Assembly: GCA_002269645.1 (NCBI GenBank)
Contig: NIVC01000603.1
Location: forward strand, 24,597-61,955
Reading direction: 5' to 3'
Origin: Macrostomum lignano
Lineage: Eukaryota
Length of the DNA stretch: 37,359 nt
Position 1 is the first letter of the stretch. Every line of letters starts with the position of its first letter. Below, piece after piece: positions 21,185 to 33,000 of the stretch. Under the pieces are notes generated by a model. The model saw nothing but the letters and a program-made list of their open reading frames with translations. It did no database searches and was not told the origin of the DNA. A program made the translations under genes and the position numbers.

Positions 21185-21794
21185 TATTATTCTATACATA
21201 TTATATATATTTATTTATTAAATTTTATTTTTTAATTACTCAACTTACTTTTTATTAACATAATACCAAATTAACAATGCAACAATGCCAATTGAAGGCC
21301 ATAGCAGTAGAACCGGTTTAAAAAATGCTAAAATTACATCATAACCTGCAGTACATGTAGAAAGACCACAAACTGAGGCTGTTTAAAATTAAATTCGCGT
21401 CTGTTTGTTCGAGGCAATCAAGCAAAGTTTCGAATAAAGTTCAGCTGTTCCTGTCTGTTTGAAATAATTAGTTTAATGAAGTTTCATCATTAAGCGAAGA
21501 TGCTTAAAAATAATGTAACATACCTATTTGTTCCTAGCTAAAATCCTACCGATTAATCCCCTAATAGTCTACTTTAAGTAGCGTTGACTGCCCCAAACTA
21601 TGATTCTTTCCTACAAATCTCTAGTTCACGCGGTTTTCTTAAAAGAGCCTCGTGATAGCGTTTAGTGCCCGAGCGGTTCCCTAACTAAGTCCGAAAGTCC
21701 GAAAGTTTTCCGAGGATCAAGGGTGTCCAACGATAGCCCCCTATTGCCTAATTCCTTAGCGCCTAATATCTATTATTAGCTTGTACGGCTTTCT

Positions 21795-22040
21795 TAGGGT
21801 CTGCACGACCTCTAGTTTCCCCTATCTCAGGCTCCTATTCTGGGTCTCCACGACCTCAAGTTCTCCCTACTCCAGACTCCTATTCTGAGTCAACAAGACT
21901 TTGATTTGCACTATTTCTGGGTCAAGACGACCTCGATTTACACTTATTTCTGGGTCAAGACGACCTCGATTTACACAATTTTCTGGGTCAAGACGACCTC
22001 GATTTACACAATTTTCTGGGTCAAAACGACCTCGATTTGC
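21795..22040. repeat. 33-bp minisatellite (about 4 near-identical units) preceded by older degenerate 45-bp and 33-bp units
   Basis: TTTCTGGGTCAAGACGACCTCGATTTACAC.. at about 21914, 21947, 21980 and 22013. Related GGGTCT.CACGACCTC units lie near 21797 and 21842. Confidence 0.9.
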
Positions 22041-22507
22041 CTATTTCCCCTATTCGTCTGTAAAGAACTAAGCCTTAAACGCCAAGCTAGAAGATTCCCT
22101 TTTCTTGCCTTTCAATTTTTAGGCCGAACGAGAGTTAGCAGAACTTGCCTCAAGTCGCTTGTATTTATACTAACTTAGAAGGGGTTGGGGAGTTCATATT
22201 AACAAAAAGGAAAATTTAAACAAAAGATGAAATTAAAACAAAAGAGATTATTCAAACAATTTTAAACGGGGAATTTTGTGATTAGTTGGGAAAATAGATG
22301 CTAGGTTAGCTACTTACGAGTAATATAGTTAATATGTATGCACCCTACTTCAATAATGCAAAGGAAACTCTACGAGTATTTTAGCCATTCCTACTCACTC
22401 ACAAGTAAGCTGTGAACCCAAACACAACGGTGAACTGCTCACTGCATACTGCAACGACTCAGAGTTCAACAGCAATCTGCAGCTCTGTCAACCCAGTCAC
22501 GGCAGCA

Positions 22508-22760
22508 GGGGAGGCCGCATCCTAGTGGTCTCTCATGTGCCAGCGGCCCAGGCTCGATTCCAAGTGCAGTCACATCAAATTTGGGCTAAATTGGAATCTC
22601 GACTTGGCTCTGCTCGTGCAATTTACGCCCTTGAGTGCCAACCCACAAGGCACAGTGAAGTGTAAATGCCTGACGATAAATAAAGTTAGGGCCGCTGTAC
22701 ACTCCTGTGTGAGTGTGTGCCTGTGCGTATGACTGCGTACGTATCCGCGCGCTTGTGTGC
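22508..22760 (+). mobile_element. tRNA-derived SINE-like insertion splitting the relic Ig exon
   Basis: A-box-like CCTAGTGGT (about 22521-22529) and B-box-like GGCTCGATTCC (22551-22561), followed by an unrelated body and a TG-rich tail. Boundaries are approximate. Confidence 0.45.
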
Positions 22761-22950
22761 CTGCTCAGGGGAGTCAGCGGAATGGGCAGAAATGCCTCTC
22801 GCCGGTTGTGTGACAATGTCGCTTAAAGTGCGTCAGGGTGCCCACAGCCGCCTCTCTACAACTGAAAGTCGCAGCACTCGGAACACAGGACGCGACACTT
22901 GCCAGCTGGGCTCTGCTAACAGCTCACCCTAGAAGACATTGGCTTGTTGA

Positions 22951-23287
22951 TTCTTAGCAGATCTTGTCTATCTTCTTGGGTTGCTGCGCAAGTACTTGCA
23001 AGAACGTGCAAGATCTTCGCTATAATAATACTTAGGTAAACTTACCAGATCTGTGCGACTTGCTACATCGTACAAGATCTTAGCTTTTATATTTTTTATA
23101 GCTTCGAATCGCATATTTTCTTAAATTTATTGTCCCATTTTGTAATAAAATAAAATATTAGTTCAGCTAGAACACTTTAGCCACATGAATAACAAAACAA
23201 ATGTACCTCCCATCTTAGAAGATCCTGCAAGAACCGAGCAGATTGAGAAGATCTGCTAAGAATGGCACAGAGACAAGATCTGCTAAG
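22951..23287. mobile_element. MITE-like element with 17-bp inverted repeats
   Basis: CTTAGCAGATCTTGTCT (22953-22969) is the exact reverse complement of AGACAAGATCTGCTAAG (23271-23287). A second AAGATCTGCTAAGAA lies at 23248-23262. AT-rich interior with further AGATCT motifs. Confidence 0.65.
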
Positions 23288-24665
23288 TTTGAGAAACAGA
23301 ATGTTCTCTAGGGCAGCTTCTGTCACTGTTGCTGAGTGAGATGTTTATCGAGCAAGAGGCCGATCCCTGTTTTGAGAGCATTCTGTGTTCAACTGTGAAG
23401 CAATTACCGATTTGGCCTTCCTATGCAAACCCTCCGTCGAACTTGTCTATCACTGTGTTGAGGCCGAAGACCTGCCAAAACCTGTCTGAAGTGACGGCGA
23501 CTCGAGCTGAACTTGGAACAGAACAGCAGCGTGTGCAGCTAAATTGCAGCCGACTTCGCAATTCTTTGAAAGCCACACAGCAAGCAGCCGCAGATGAAGA
23601 ACCTCAAGATGCTGGCTCCGCCATGGTACCTACTGATGGTACATACGGATGCGTATCATTTAGGCTCAATTTTCTTGTTGGTTTAAGCAAATACAAAGTG
23701 CCTATTTGGTATCTGGAAAGCTCAAACAATTTCGTAACTTCGTTTCCCAAAAGTTCATCCCCAGCAACCCCTTGAGCCCAGCAACCCCCTGGAGTACAGC
23801 TATGCTCAGAGCTTCCGGCTGCGCTTTCGGTCTCAACGATTAACTGGGAATCTGAGAGCGAGTGCACCGTGTAATTGATAATGAGGCCAATTTCAGTGTG
23901 ATGACATGTGATTTGTGCTGGTGCGTTTGAAGGCGGCTTAAACGACCCCCAACTCATCTGGGCTTACAAACGCGGGCTGTACATGCCTGACGATCAGACA
24001 CCTTGTGAGAGCGCAAGTGTAACTGTGAGAATACATGAATCCGTGTACGTGCGTATGAAAGATTTTAAACTTAATCAATAGCCGAATATCGATAATTCAT
24101 TCCAATTTGTCCCTACGCTTGTATCAATGCTTTCTCTTCTTTCTAAACTGATTAATTGAAATCAAATATTCTTTTTGAATGATATTTCAGTCTGTTAACA
24201 GTAAAAGTTTGTTAAATTTAATCGGATTTTCCGAGTCTTCATCCAGATCATTTCTCATCATACTTCATATCCATTTTTCTTGAAACAAAAGAATATGTTC
24301 AAGTGGTGTCATTTGTTAAATTACATAATGCGACATTTGTACCTGCAGAGACGGCCAAGCAAACTCAGTCCCCGACCCATCGGAGCCAGGAAACCCAAAT
24401 ATGATTTTCGTCGCTTATTCCAAGCCAAGTTCAGTTTGGCTAAGCTGCAGCCAGACAGAGAGTTTGTAAACATTTTGTTTCAACTTGCAGTCTTATACAC
24501 AGATGGAACTTGTAGTCACCACCTGCCGGAACAGAACTTGCGACTGCAGCCCCGCATCAATGGTTTCTGCAGCCATATAAAAAAGCCACGACACAAAATG
24601 GATTCTTTTTGCTGCGCTTGTTGTACTAACGGCAGAATTGCTTTGAAGTGATCAGCAAGTGTCTC

Positions 24666-26834
24666 ATGGAAGCTGCAACGCTGATATCCCTGTTAGGGGC
24701 TGTGCTCTGCATCGCTACCTGTCGCTGCGACTGTAAGTGAAAGCTTTTTAAACCCTCCAGGGTGTTTTTCTCAAGTGAAATGGATTTCTAACTTCTCAAG
24801 CTCCTATGTTGCAGGTGAGGTGCCGATTCGCAACAAGACTGTACTCAACGCCTGGCAGTCCTCTTATTTCTATTCTTGCTTTCACGAGAGAGACCAGCTG
24901 AATGAGAGCAATGTTCTGAACACAAGCCAAAGTTTTCAGTTCATTCACAGCAATGACAAAAAGCATTTTAACGATAGCGGATTTCACTGGTTCGCTGTGC
25001 AGCTGAGTGAGTCAGTGCTCATCGGTTCTGTGACAGTGAAGGGCAGCGAGGGTGAGTTACACCACAGACCAGTTTTATGAAGCACTGATTGACTAGTTGG
25101 TTAACTTACTTGACATAGCTTCAGGGGGTCCGGGCATCCGGATGCAGCGAGGCGTCGCCGCCCATTTTGCGAACCCCTGGCGACCAGGGAAGCTGGTGCT
25201 GCGGTGTTCTGCAGGGAGATCCGGTGGTGCCAGTGTCCGCAGCGCGGTAGCCCTTAGGTAGCGGACGAGCTGGCAGAGATTCTCGGGCCTGAAAACGTCG
25301 GAGAGGTCCGGGTTTGGCCGAGGTAGGTGAAGGCTGTCCTGAGTAAAGGCGGAGCATTCACAGATGAAGTGCTCCGCATTCTCGACACCGGAGAGGCAGA
25401 AAGGGCATCATTCCTCGCTACGGATTTTTCCTGAAGGTAACGATGCCTGGCAAAACAGCCATGACCCGAGAGGTCCATGGTCACGGCCCTGATGTCCCTG
25501 CGGTTGAGTCCAAGCAGGACTCTTGGCTAGTTGGTTGGTTTCATAAAAAACAGCAGCTGCTTTTTGAAACAAAATAACTGAGGTAGCAGCATTCCTGAAA
25601 CCCTCTTTCTTCCGGTATTTTTACAATCTCGTTGTTCTGGCAATAATTTCAGTCTTCTCGGATGCTGAAATGTTCCGCAGCTCAGCTGGCATCGAGATCT
25701 GGACTTCGAACTCAGAGGAGCAACTGTTTTCTGGCAACCATTGCAACTCAAAAAATATGAGCAAACAGTTTAATAAATACCGGAGCAGTTGGAAGCGTTG
25801 CGGTGTCACTACAAATAGGTCGATGAGTAGCACGCGTGGTGGGCTCTACATGGTGGACTGTCTTGCAGAGGTGAGCATTGATGCTACAGAGATTATGTGC
25901 TTAATTAGTTCATCTCACTCGGATCTCAAAATGTTGAGTGCAACATCCCAGGTCCGGTATCTGCTCCTCAGGAGAAACGTCAGCCTGAGCTTCTCATCCA
26001 GAGACTACGGCTATCTGAGCGTCTCAGATCTGACGCTGCAGACAGTGCGCCTGGGTGAGGCTGTGGACTTTTCCAAAGCACTTGAAGACCAGAGAAGCCT
26101 CAAAAGTGGCATGAAAATATCTGATAATATTGTGAGCTTTGGCCTGACTTTCTAGTCATCAGGCTTGTGCACTCTCTGTGCATTGGGGGCTGGCCTTCAT
26201 GGGTCATGAATGACACGAGAACTCCCACGGTAAATAGCATTATAGCATTAAAGTATAAATTTATATGACTTGATTTGCAGTGCCATCGACAGACCAACTT
26301 GTTGCTGCAAACGAAAGCTTCAACGTGAGCTGCTCATGCATTCTATGCAACGGCACGGAGTTGAGCACGAACTCAAGGCAGCTGCAGCTGTGCCAACCAG
26401 ACGGAAACTGCACGAAAACCCGGAAGCTGTCGGTTGTGAAGGCACAGTCGCAGCACTCTGGCCTCTACACCTGCCAGCTTGGCTCTGCCGCAGAGTCAAC
26501 TTCCGTCACAGTGCTGTGTGAGCTGAGTGTCATTGCTTGTCTCCATATTTAAATACAATTAATAGACAAAAGCAACCATAACGTGTTGCATTTTCAGCAT
26601 CCTCGCATGCGCAAACAGCAGCCGAGAACGACAGTTTTGCAGTGAGCTGCACGCTGTACTTCAATGGTTCGGAGATCATTGGTAACAACACAAGCGGCAT
26701 GCAGCTGTGCCAACCAGATGGGAACTGCAGTGCGGGCCCGGAGCTGCGGATCAACAGGGCGCTGCGGCAGCACTCCGGCAGCTACACCTGCCAGGCGAAC
26801 TCCACTCGAGTTTCAACCTTCGTTACCGTGCTGT
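24666..26834 (+). CDS. Receptor copy C, coding exons 1-5 (exons 6-9 are not in the window)
   Basis: Exons 24666-24732, 24815-25051, 25653-26054, 26281-26517, 26598-26834, with the same phases and (exons 2-5) the same lengths as copy B and an open frame. About 10 aa differences from B by eye. Confidence 0.8.
25093..25536. mobile_element. Copy of the intron-2 insertion with 10-bp direct repeats
   Basis: CTAGTTGGTT at 25093-25102 and 25527-25536. Near-identical to 5157-5601. Confidence 0.45.
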
Positions 26835-27050
26835 GTGAGTTTCATTTCAATTTGAAATTGAATGGATAAAGAATGGCATTTTAACTCATCTGAAATGTTT
26901 GTTATAGCCCAACAGAAACTTAGAAAATAAGTTTCCACTTGACTAAAAAGTTTCGATACAGATAATGTTGTCGTTGTGTTGTTGGTATTGTGTTTTTTAT
27001 TTGTTGTTTAAAACTCAAACAACTCTCTTATTTGTAAAAAAATGTTGCAC

Positions 27051-30000
27051 AAGCATCGAACTTGGATCTGGCTCAGCCCGATTAAAGCATTGAACTTGGA
27101 TCTGGCTCAGCCCGATTAAAGCATCGAACTTGGATCTGGCTCAGCCCGATTAAAGCATCGAACTTGGATCTGGCTCAGCCCGATTAAAGCATCGAACTTG
27201 GATCTGGCTCAGCCCGATTAAAGCATCGAACTTGGATCTGGCTCAGCCCGATTAAAGCATCGAACTTGGATCTGGCTCAGCCCGATTAAAGCATCGAACT
27301 TGGATCTGGCTCAGCCCGATTAAAGCATCGAACTTGGATCTGGCTCAGCCCGATTAAAGCATCGAACTTGGATCTGGCTCAGCCCGATTAAAGCATCGAA
27401 CTTGGATCTGGCTCAGCCCGATTAAAGCATCGAACTTGGATCTGGCTCAGCCCGATTAAAGCATCGAACTTGGATCTGGCTCAGCCCGATTAAAGCATCG
27501 AACTTGGATCTGGCTCAGCCCGATTAAAGCATCGAACTTGGATCTGGCTCAGCCCGATTAAAGCATCGAACTTGGATCTGGCTCAGCCCGATTAAAGCAT
27601 CGAACTTGGATCTGGCTCAGCCCGATTAAAGCATCGAACTTGGATCTGGCTCAGCCCGATTAAAGCATCGAACTTGGATCTGGCTCAGCCCGATTAAAGC
27701 ATCGAACTTGGATCTGGCTCAGCCCGATTAAAGCATCGAACTTGGATCTGGCTCAGCCCGATTAAAGCATCGAACTTGGATCTGGCTCAGCCCGATTAAA
27801 GCATCGAACTTGGATCTGGCTCAGCCCGATTAAAGCATCGAACTTGGATCTGGCTCAGCCCGATTAAAGCATCGAACTTGGATCTGGCTCAGCCCGATTA
27901 AAGCATCGAACTTGGATCTGGCTCAGCCCGATTAAAGCATCGAACTTGGATCTGGCTCAGCCCGATTAAAGCATCGAACTTGGATCTGGCTCAGCCCGAT
28001 TAAAGCATCGAACTTGGATCTGGCTCAGCCCGATTAAAGCATCGAACTTGGATCTGGCTCAGCCCGATTAAAGCATCGAACTTGGATCTGGCTCAGCCCG
28101 ATTAAAGCATCGAACTTGGATCTGGCTCAGCCCGATTAAAGCATCGAACTTGGATCTGGCTCAGCCCGATTAAAGCATCGAACTTGGATCTGGCTCAGCC
28201 CGATTAAAGCATCGAACTTGGATCTGGCTCAGCCCGATTAAAGCATCGAACTTGGATCTGGCTCAGCCCGATTAAAGCATCGAACTTGGATCTGGCTCAG
28301 CCCGATTAAAGCATCGAACTTGGATCTGGCTCAGCCCGATTAAAGCATCGAACTTGGATCTGGCTCAGCCCGATTAAAGCATCGAACTTGGATCTGGCTC
28401 AGCCCGATTAAAGCATCGAACTTGGATCTGGCTCAGCCCGATTAAAGCATCGAACTTGGATCTGGCTCAGCCCGATTAAAGCATCGAACTTGGATCTGGC
28501 TCAGCCCGATTAAAGCATCGAACTTGGATCTGGCTCAGCCCGATTAAAGCATCGAACTTGGATCTGGCTCAGCCCGATTAAAGCATCGAACTTGGATCTG
28601 GCTCAGCCCGATTAAAGCATCGAACTTGGATCTGGCTCAGCCCGATTAAAGCATCGAACTTGGATCTGGCTCAGCCCGATTAAAGCATCGAACTTGGATC
28701 TGGCTCAGCCCGATTAAAGCATCGAACTTGGATCTGGCTCAGCCCGATTAAAGCATCGAACTTGGATCTGGCTCAGCCCGATTAAAGCATCGAACTTGGA
28801 TCTGGCTCAGCCCGATTAAAGCATCGAACTTGGATCTGGCTCAGCCCGATTAAAGCATCGAACTTGGATCTGGCTCAGCCCGATTAAAGCATCGAACTTG
28901 GATCTGGCTCAGCCCGATTAAAGCATCGAACTTGGATCTGGCTCAGCCCGATTAAAGCATCGAACTTGGATCTGGCTCAGCCCGATTAAAGCATCGAACT
29001 TGGATCTGGCTCAGCCCGATTAAAGCATCGAACTTGGATCTGGCTCAGCCCGATTAAAGCATCGAACTTGGATCTGGCTCAGCCCGATTAAAGCATCGAA
29101 CTTGATCTGGCTCAGCCCGATTAAAGCATCGAACTTGGATCTGGCTCAGCCCGATTAAAGCATCGAACTTGGATCTGGCTCAGCCCGATTAAAGCATCGA
29201 ACTTGGATCTGGCTCAGCCCGATTAAAGCATCGAACTTGGATCTGGCTCAGCCCGATTAAAGCATCGAACTTGGATCTGGCTCAGCCCGATTAAAGCATC
29301 GAACTTGGATCTGGCTCAGCCCGATTAAAGCATCGAACTTGGATCTGGCTCAGCCCGATTAAAGCATCGAACTTGGATCTGGCTCAGCCCGATTAAAGCA
29401 TCGAACTTGGATCTGGCTCAGCCCGATTAAAGCATCGAACTTGGATCTGGCTCAGCCCGATTAAAGCATCGAACTTGATCTGGCTCAGCCCGATTAAAGC
29501 ATCGAACTTGGATCTGGCTCAGCCCGATTAAAGCATCGAACTTGGATCTGGCTCAGCCCGATTAAAGCATCGAACTTGGATCTGGCTCAGCCCGATTAAA
29601 GCATCGAACTTGGATCTGGCTCAGCCCGATTAAAGCATCGAACTTGGATCTGGCTCAGCCCGATTAAAGCATCGAACTTGGATCTGGCTCAGCCCGATTA
29701 AAGCATCGAACTTGGATCTGGCTCAGCCCGATTAAAGCATCGAACTTGGATCTGGCTCAGCCCGATTAAAGCATCGAACTTGGATCTGGCTCAGCCCGAT
29801 TAAAGCATCGAACTTGGATCTGGCTCAGCCCGATTAAAGCATCGAACTTGGATCTGGCTCAGCCCGATTAAAGCATCGAACTTGGATCTGGCTCAGCCCG
29901 ATTAAAGCATCGAACTTGGATCTGGCTCAGCCCGATTAAAGCATCGAACTTGGATCTGGCTCAGCCCGATTAAAGCATCGAACTTGGATCTGGCTCAGCC

Positions 30001-33000
30001 CGATTAAAGCATCGAACTTGGATCTGGCTCAGCCCGATTAAAGCATCGAACTTGGATCTGGCTCAGCCCGATTAAAGCATCGAACTTGGATCTGGCTCAG
30101 CCCGATTAAAGCATCGAACTTGGATCTGGCTCAGCCCGATTAAAGCATCGAACTTGGATCTGGCTCAGCCCGATTAAAGCATCGAACTTGGATCTGGCTC
30201 AGCCCGATTAAAGCATCGAACTTGGATCTGGCTCAGCCCGATTAAAGCATCGAACTTGGATCTGGCTCAGCCCGATTAAAGCATCGAACTTGGATCTGGC
30301 TCAGCCCGATTAAAGCATCGAACTTGGATCTGGCTCAGCCCGATTAAAGCATCGAACTTGGATCTGGCTCAGCCCGATTAAAGCATCGAACTTGGATCTG
30401 GCTCAGCCCGATTAAAGCATCGAACTTGGATCTGGCTCAGCCCGATTAAAGCATCGAACTTGGATCTGGCTCAGCCCGATTAAAGCATCGAACTTGGATC
30501 TGGCTCAGCCCGATTAAAGCATCGAACTTGGATCTGGCTCAGCCCGATTAAAGCATCGAACTTGGATCTGGCTCAGCCCGATTAAAGCATCGAACTTGGA
30601 TCTGGCTCAGCCCGATTAAAGCATCGAACTTGGATCTGGCTCAGCCCGATTAAAGCATCGAACTTGGATCTGGCTCAGCCCGATTAAAGCATCGAACTTG
30701 GATCTGGCTCAGCCCGATTAAAGCATCGAACTTGGATCTGGCTCAGCCCGATTAAAGCATCGAACTTGGATCTGGCTCAGCCCGATTAAAGCATCGAACT
30801 TGGATCTGGCTCAGCCCGATTAAAGCATCGAACTTGGATCTGGCTCAGCCCGATTAAAGCATCGAACTTGGATCTGGCTCAGCCCGATTAAAGCATCGAA
30901 CTTGGATCTGGCTCAGCCCGATTAAAGCATCGAACTTGGATCTGGCTCAGCCCGATTAAAGCATCGAACTTGGATCTGGCTCAGCCCGATTAAAGCATCG
31001 AACTTGGATCTGGCTCAGCCCGATTAAAGCATCGAACTTGGATCTGGCTCAGCCCGATTAAAGCATCGAACTTGGATCTGGCTCAGCCCGATTAAAGCAT
31101 CGAACTTGGATCTGGCTCAGCCCGATTAAAGCATCGAACTTGGATCTGGCTCAGCCCGATTAAAGCATCGAACTTGGATCTGGCTCAGCCCGATTAAAGC
31201 ATCGAACTTGGATCTGGCTCAGCCCGATTAAAGCATCGAACTTGGATCTGGCTCAGCCCGATTAAAGCATCGAACTTGGATCTGGCTCAGCCCGATTAAA
31301 GCATCGAACTTGGATCTGGCTCAGCCCGATTAAAGCATCGAACTTGGATCTGGCTCAGCCCGATTAAAGCATCGAACTTGGATCTGGCTCAGCCCGATTA
31401 AAGCATCGAACTTGGATCTGGCTCAGCCCGATTAAAGCATCGAACTTGGATCTGGCTCAGCCCGATTAAAGCATCGAACTTGGATCTGGCTCAGCCCGAT
31501 TAAAGCATCGAACTTGGATCTGGCTCAGCCCGATTAAAGCATCGAACTTGGATCTGGCTCAGCCCGATTAAAGCATCGAACTTGGATCTGGCTCAGCCCG
31601 ATTAAAGCATCGAACTTGGATCTGGCTCAGCCCGATTAAAGCATCGAACTTGGATCTGGCTCAGCCCGATTAAAGCATCGAACTTGGATCTGGCTCAGCC
31701 CGATTAAAGCATCGAACTTGGATCTGGCTCAGCCCGATTAAAGCATCGAACTTGGATCTGGCTCAGCCCGATTAAAGCATCGAACTTGGATCTGGCTCAG
31801 CCCGATTAAAGCATCGAACTTGGATCTGGCTCAGCCCGATTAAAGCATCGAACTTGGATCTGGCTCAGCCCGATTAAAGCATCGAACTTGGATCTGGCTC
31901 AGCCCGATTAAAGCATCGAACTTGGATCTGGCTCAGCCCGATTAAAGCATCGAACTTGGATCTGGCTCAGCCCGATTAAAGCATCGAACTTGGATCTGGC
32001 TCAGCCCGATTAAAGCATCGAACTTGGATCTGGCTCAGCCCGATTAAAGCATCGAACTTGGATCTGGCTCAGCCCGATTAAAGCATCGAACTTGGATCTG
32101 GCTCAGCCCGATTAAAGCATCGAACTTGGATCTGGCTCAGCCCGATTAAAGCATCGAACTTGGATCTGGCTCAGCCCGATTAAAGCATCGAACTTGGATC
32201 TGGCTCAGCCCGATTAAAGCATCGAACTTGGATCTGGCTCAGCCCGATTAAAGCATCGAACTTGGATCTGGCTCAGCCCGATTAAAGCATCGAACTTGGA
32301 TCTGGCTCAGCCCGATTAAAGCATCGAACTTGGATCTGGCTCAGCCCGATTAAAGCATCGAACTTGGATCTGGCTCAGCCCGATTAAAGCATCGAACTTG
32401 GATCTGGCTCAGCCCGATTAAAGCATCGAACTTGGATCTGGCTCAGCCCGATTAAAGCATCGAACTTGGATCTGGCTCAGCCCGATTAAAGCATCGAACT
32501 TGGATCTGGCTCAGCCCGATTAAAGCATCGAACTTGGATCTGGCTCAGCCCGATTAAAGCATCGAACTTGGATCTGGCTCAGCCCGATTAAAGCATCGAA
32601 CTTGGATCTGGCTCAGCCCGATTAAAGCATCGAACTTGGATCTGGCTCAGCCCGATTAAAGCATCGAACTTGGATCTGGCTCAGCCCGATTAAAGCATCG
32701 AACTTGGATCTGGCTCAGCCCGATTAAAGCATCGAACTTGGATCTGGCTCAGCCCGATTAAAGCATCGAACTTGGATCTGGCTCAGCCCGATTAAAGCAT
32801 CGAACTTGGATCTGGCTCAGCCCGATTAAAGCATCGAACTTGGATCTGGCTCAGCCCGATTAAAGCATCGAACTTGGATCTGGCTCAGCCCGATTAAAGC
32901 ATCGAACTTGGATCTGGCTCAGCCCGATTAAAGCATCGAACTTGGATCTGGCTCAGCCCGATTAAAGCATCGAACTTGGATCTGGCTCAGCCCGATTAAA

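Larger units (their letters stand above)
22385..23500 (+). pseudogene. Relic paralog (copy D) of the receptor: broken Ig exon and exon-6 remnant
   Basis: 22385-22500 follows TTTTAG and reads xIPTHSQ...YCNDSEFNSNLQLCQP (cf. CNGTE...QLQLCQP). About 22850-22925 ACACTTGCCAGCTGGGCTCTGCT matches exon-4 ACACCTGCCAGCTTGGCTCTGCC (TCQLGSA). About 23430-23500 reads NPPSNLSITVLRPKTCQNLSEV (cf. YPPSSASISVLNLPTCENSSDV), preceded by ..GCAA rather than an AG acceptor. Confidence 0.7.

Noticed and set aside
22508-22565. Functional tRNA gene
   Set aside because: A- and B-box-like motifs are present but too close together, and I could not fold a complete cloverleaf. It fits a SINE head better.
23560-23990. Further relic exons (TM or tail) of copy D
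   Set aside because: Only weak resemblance (e.g. GCCATGG) and no convincing alignment by eye.
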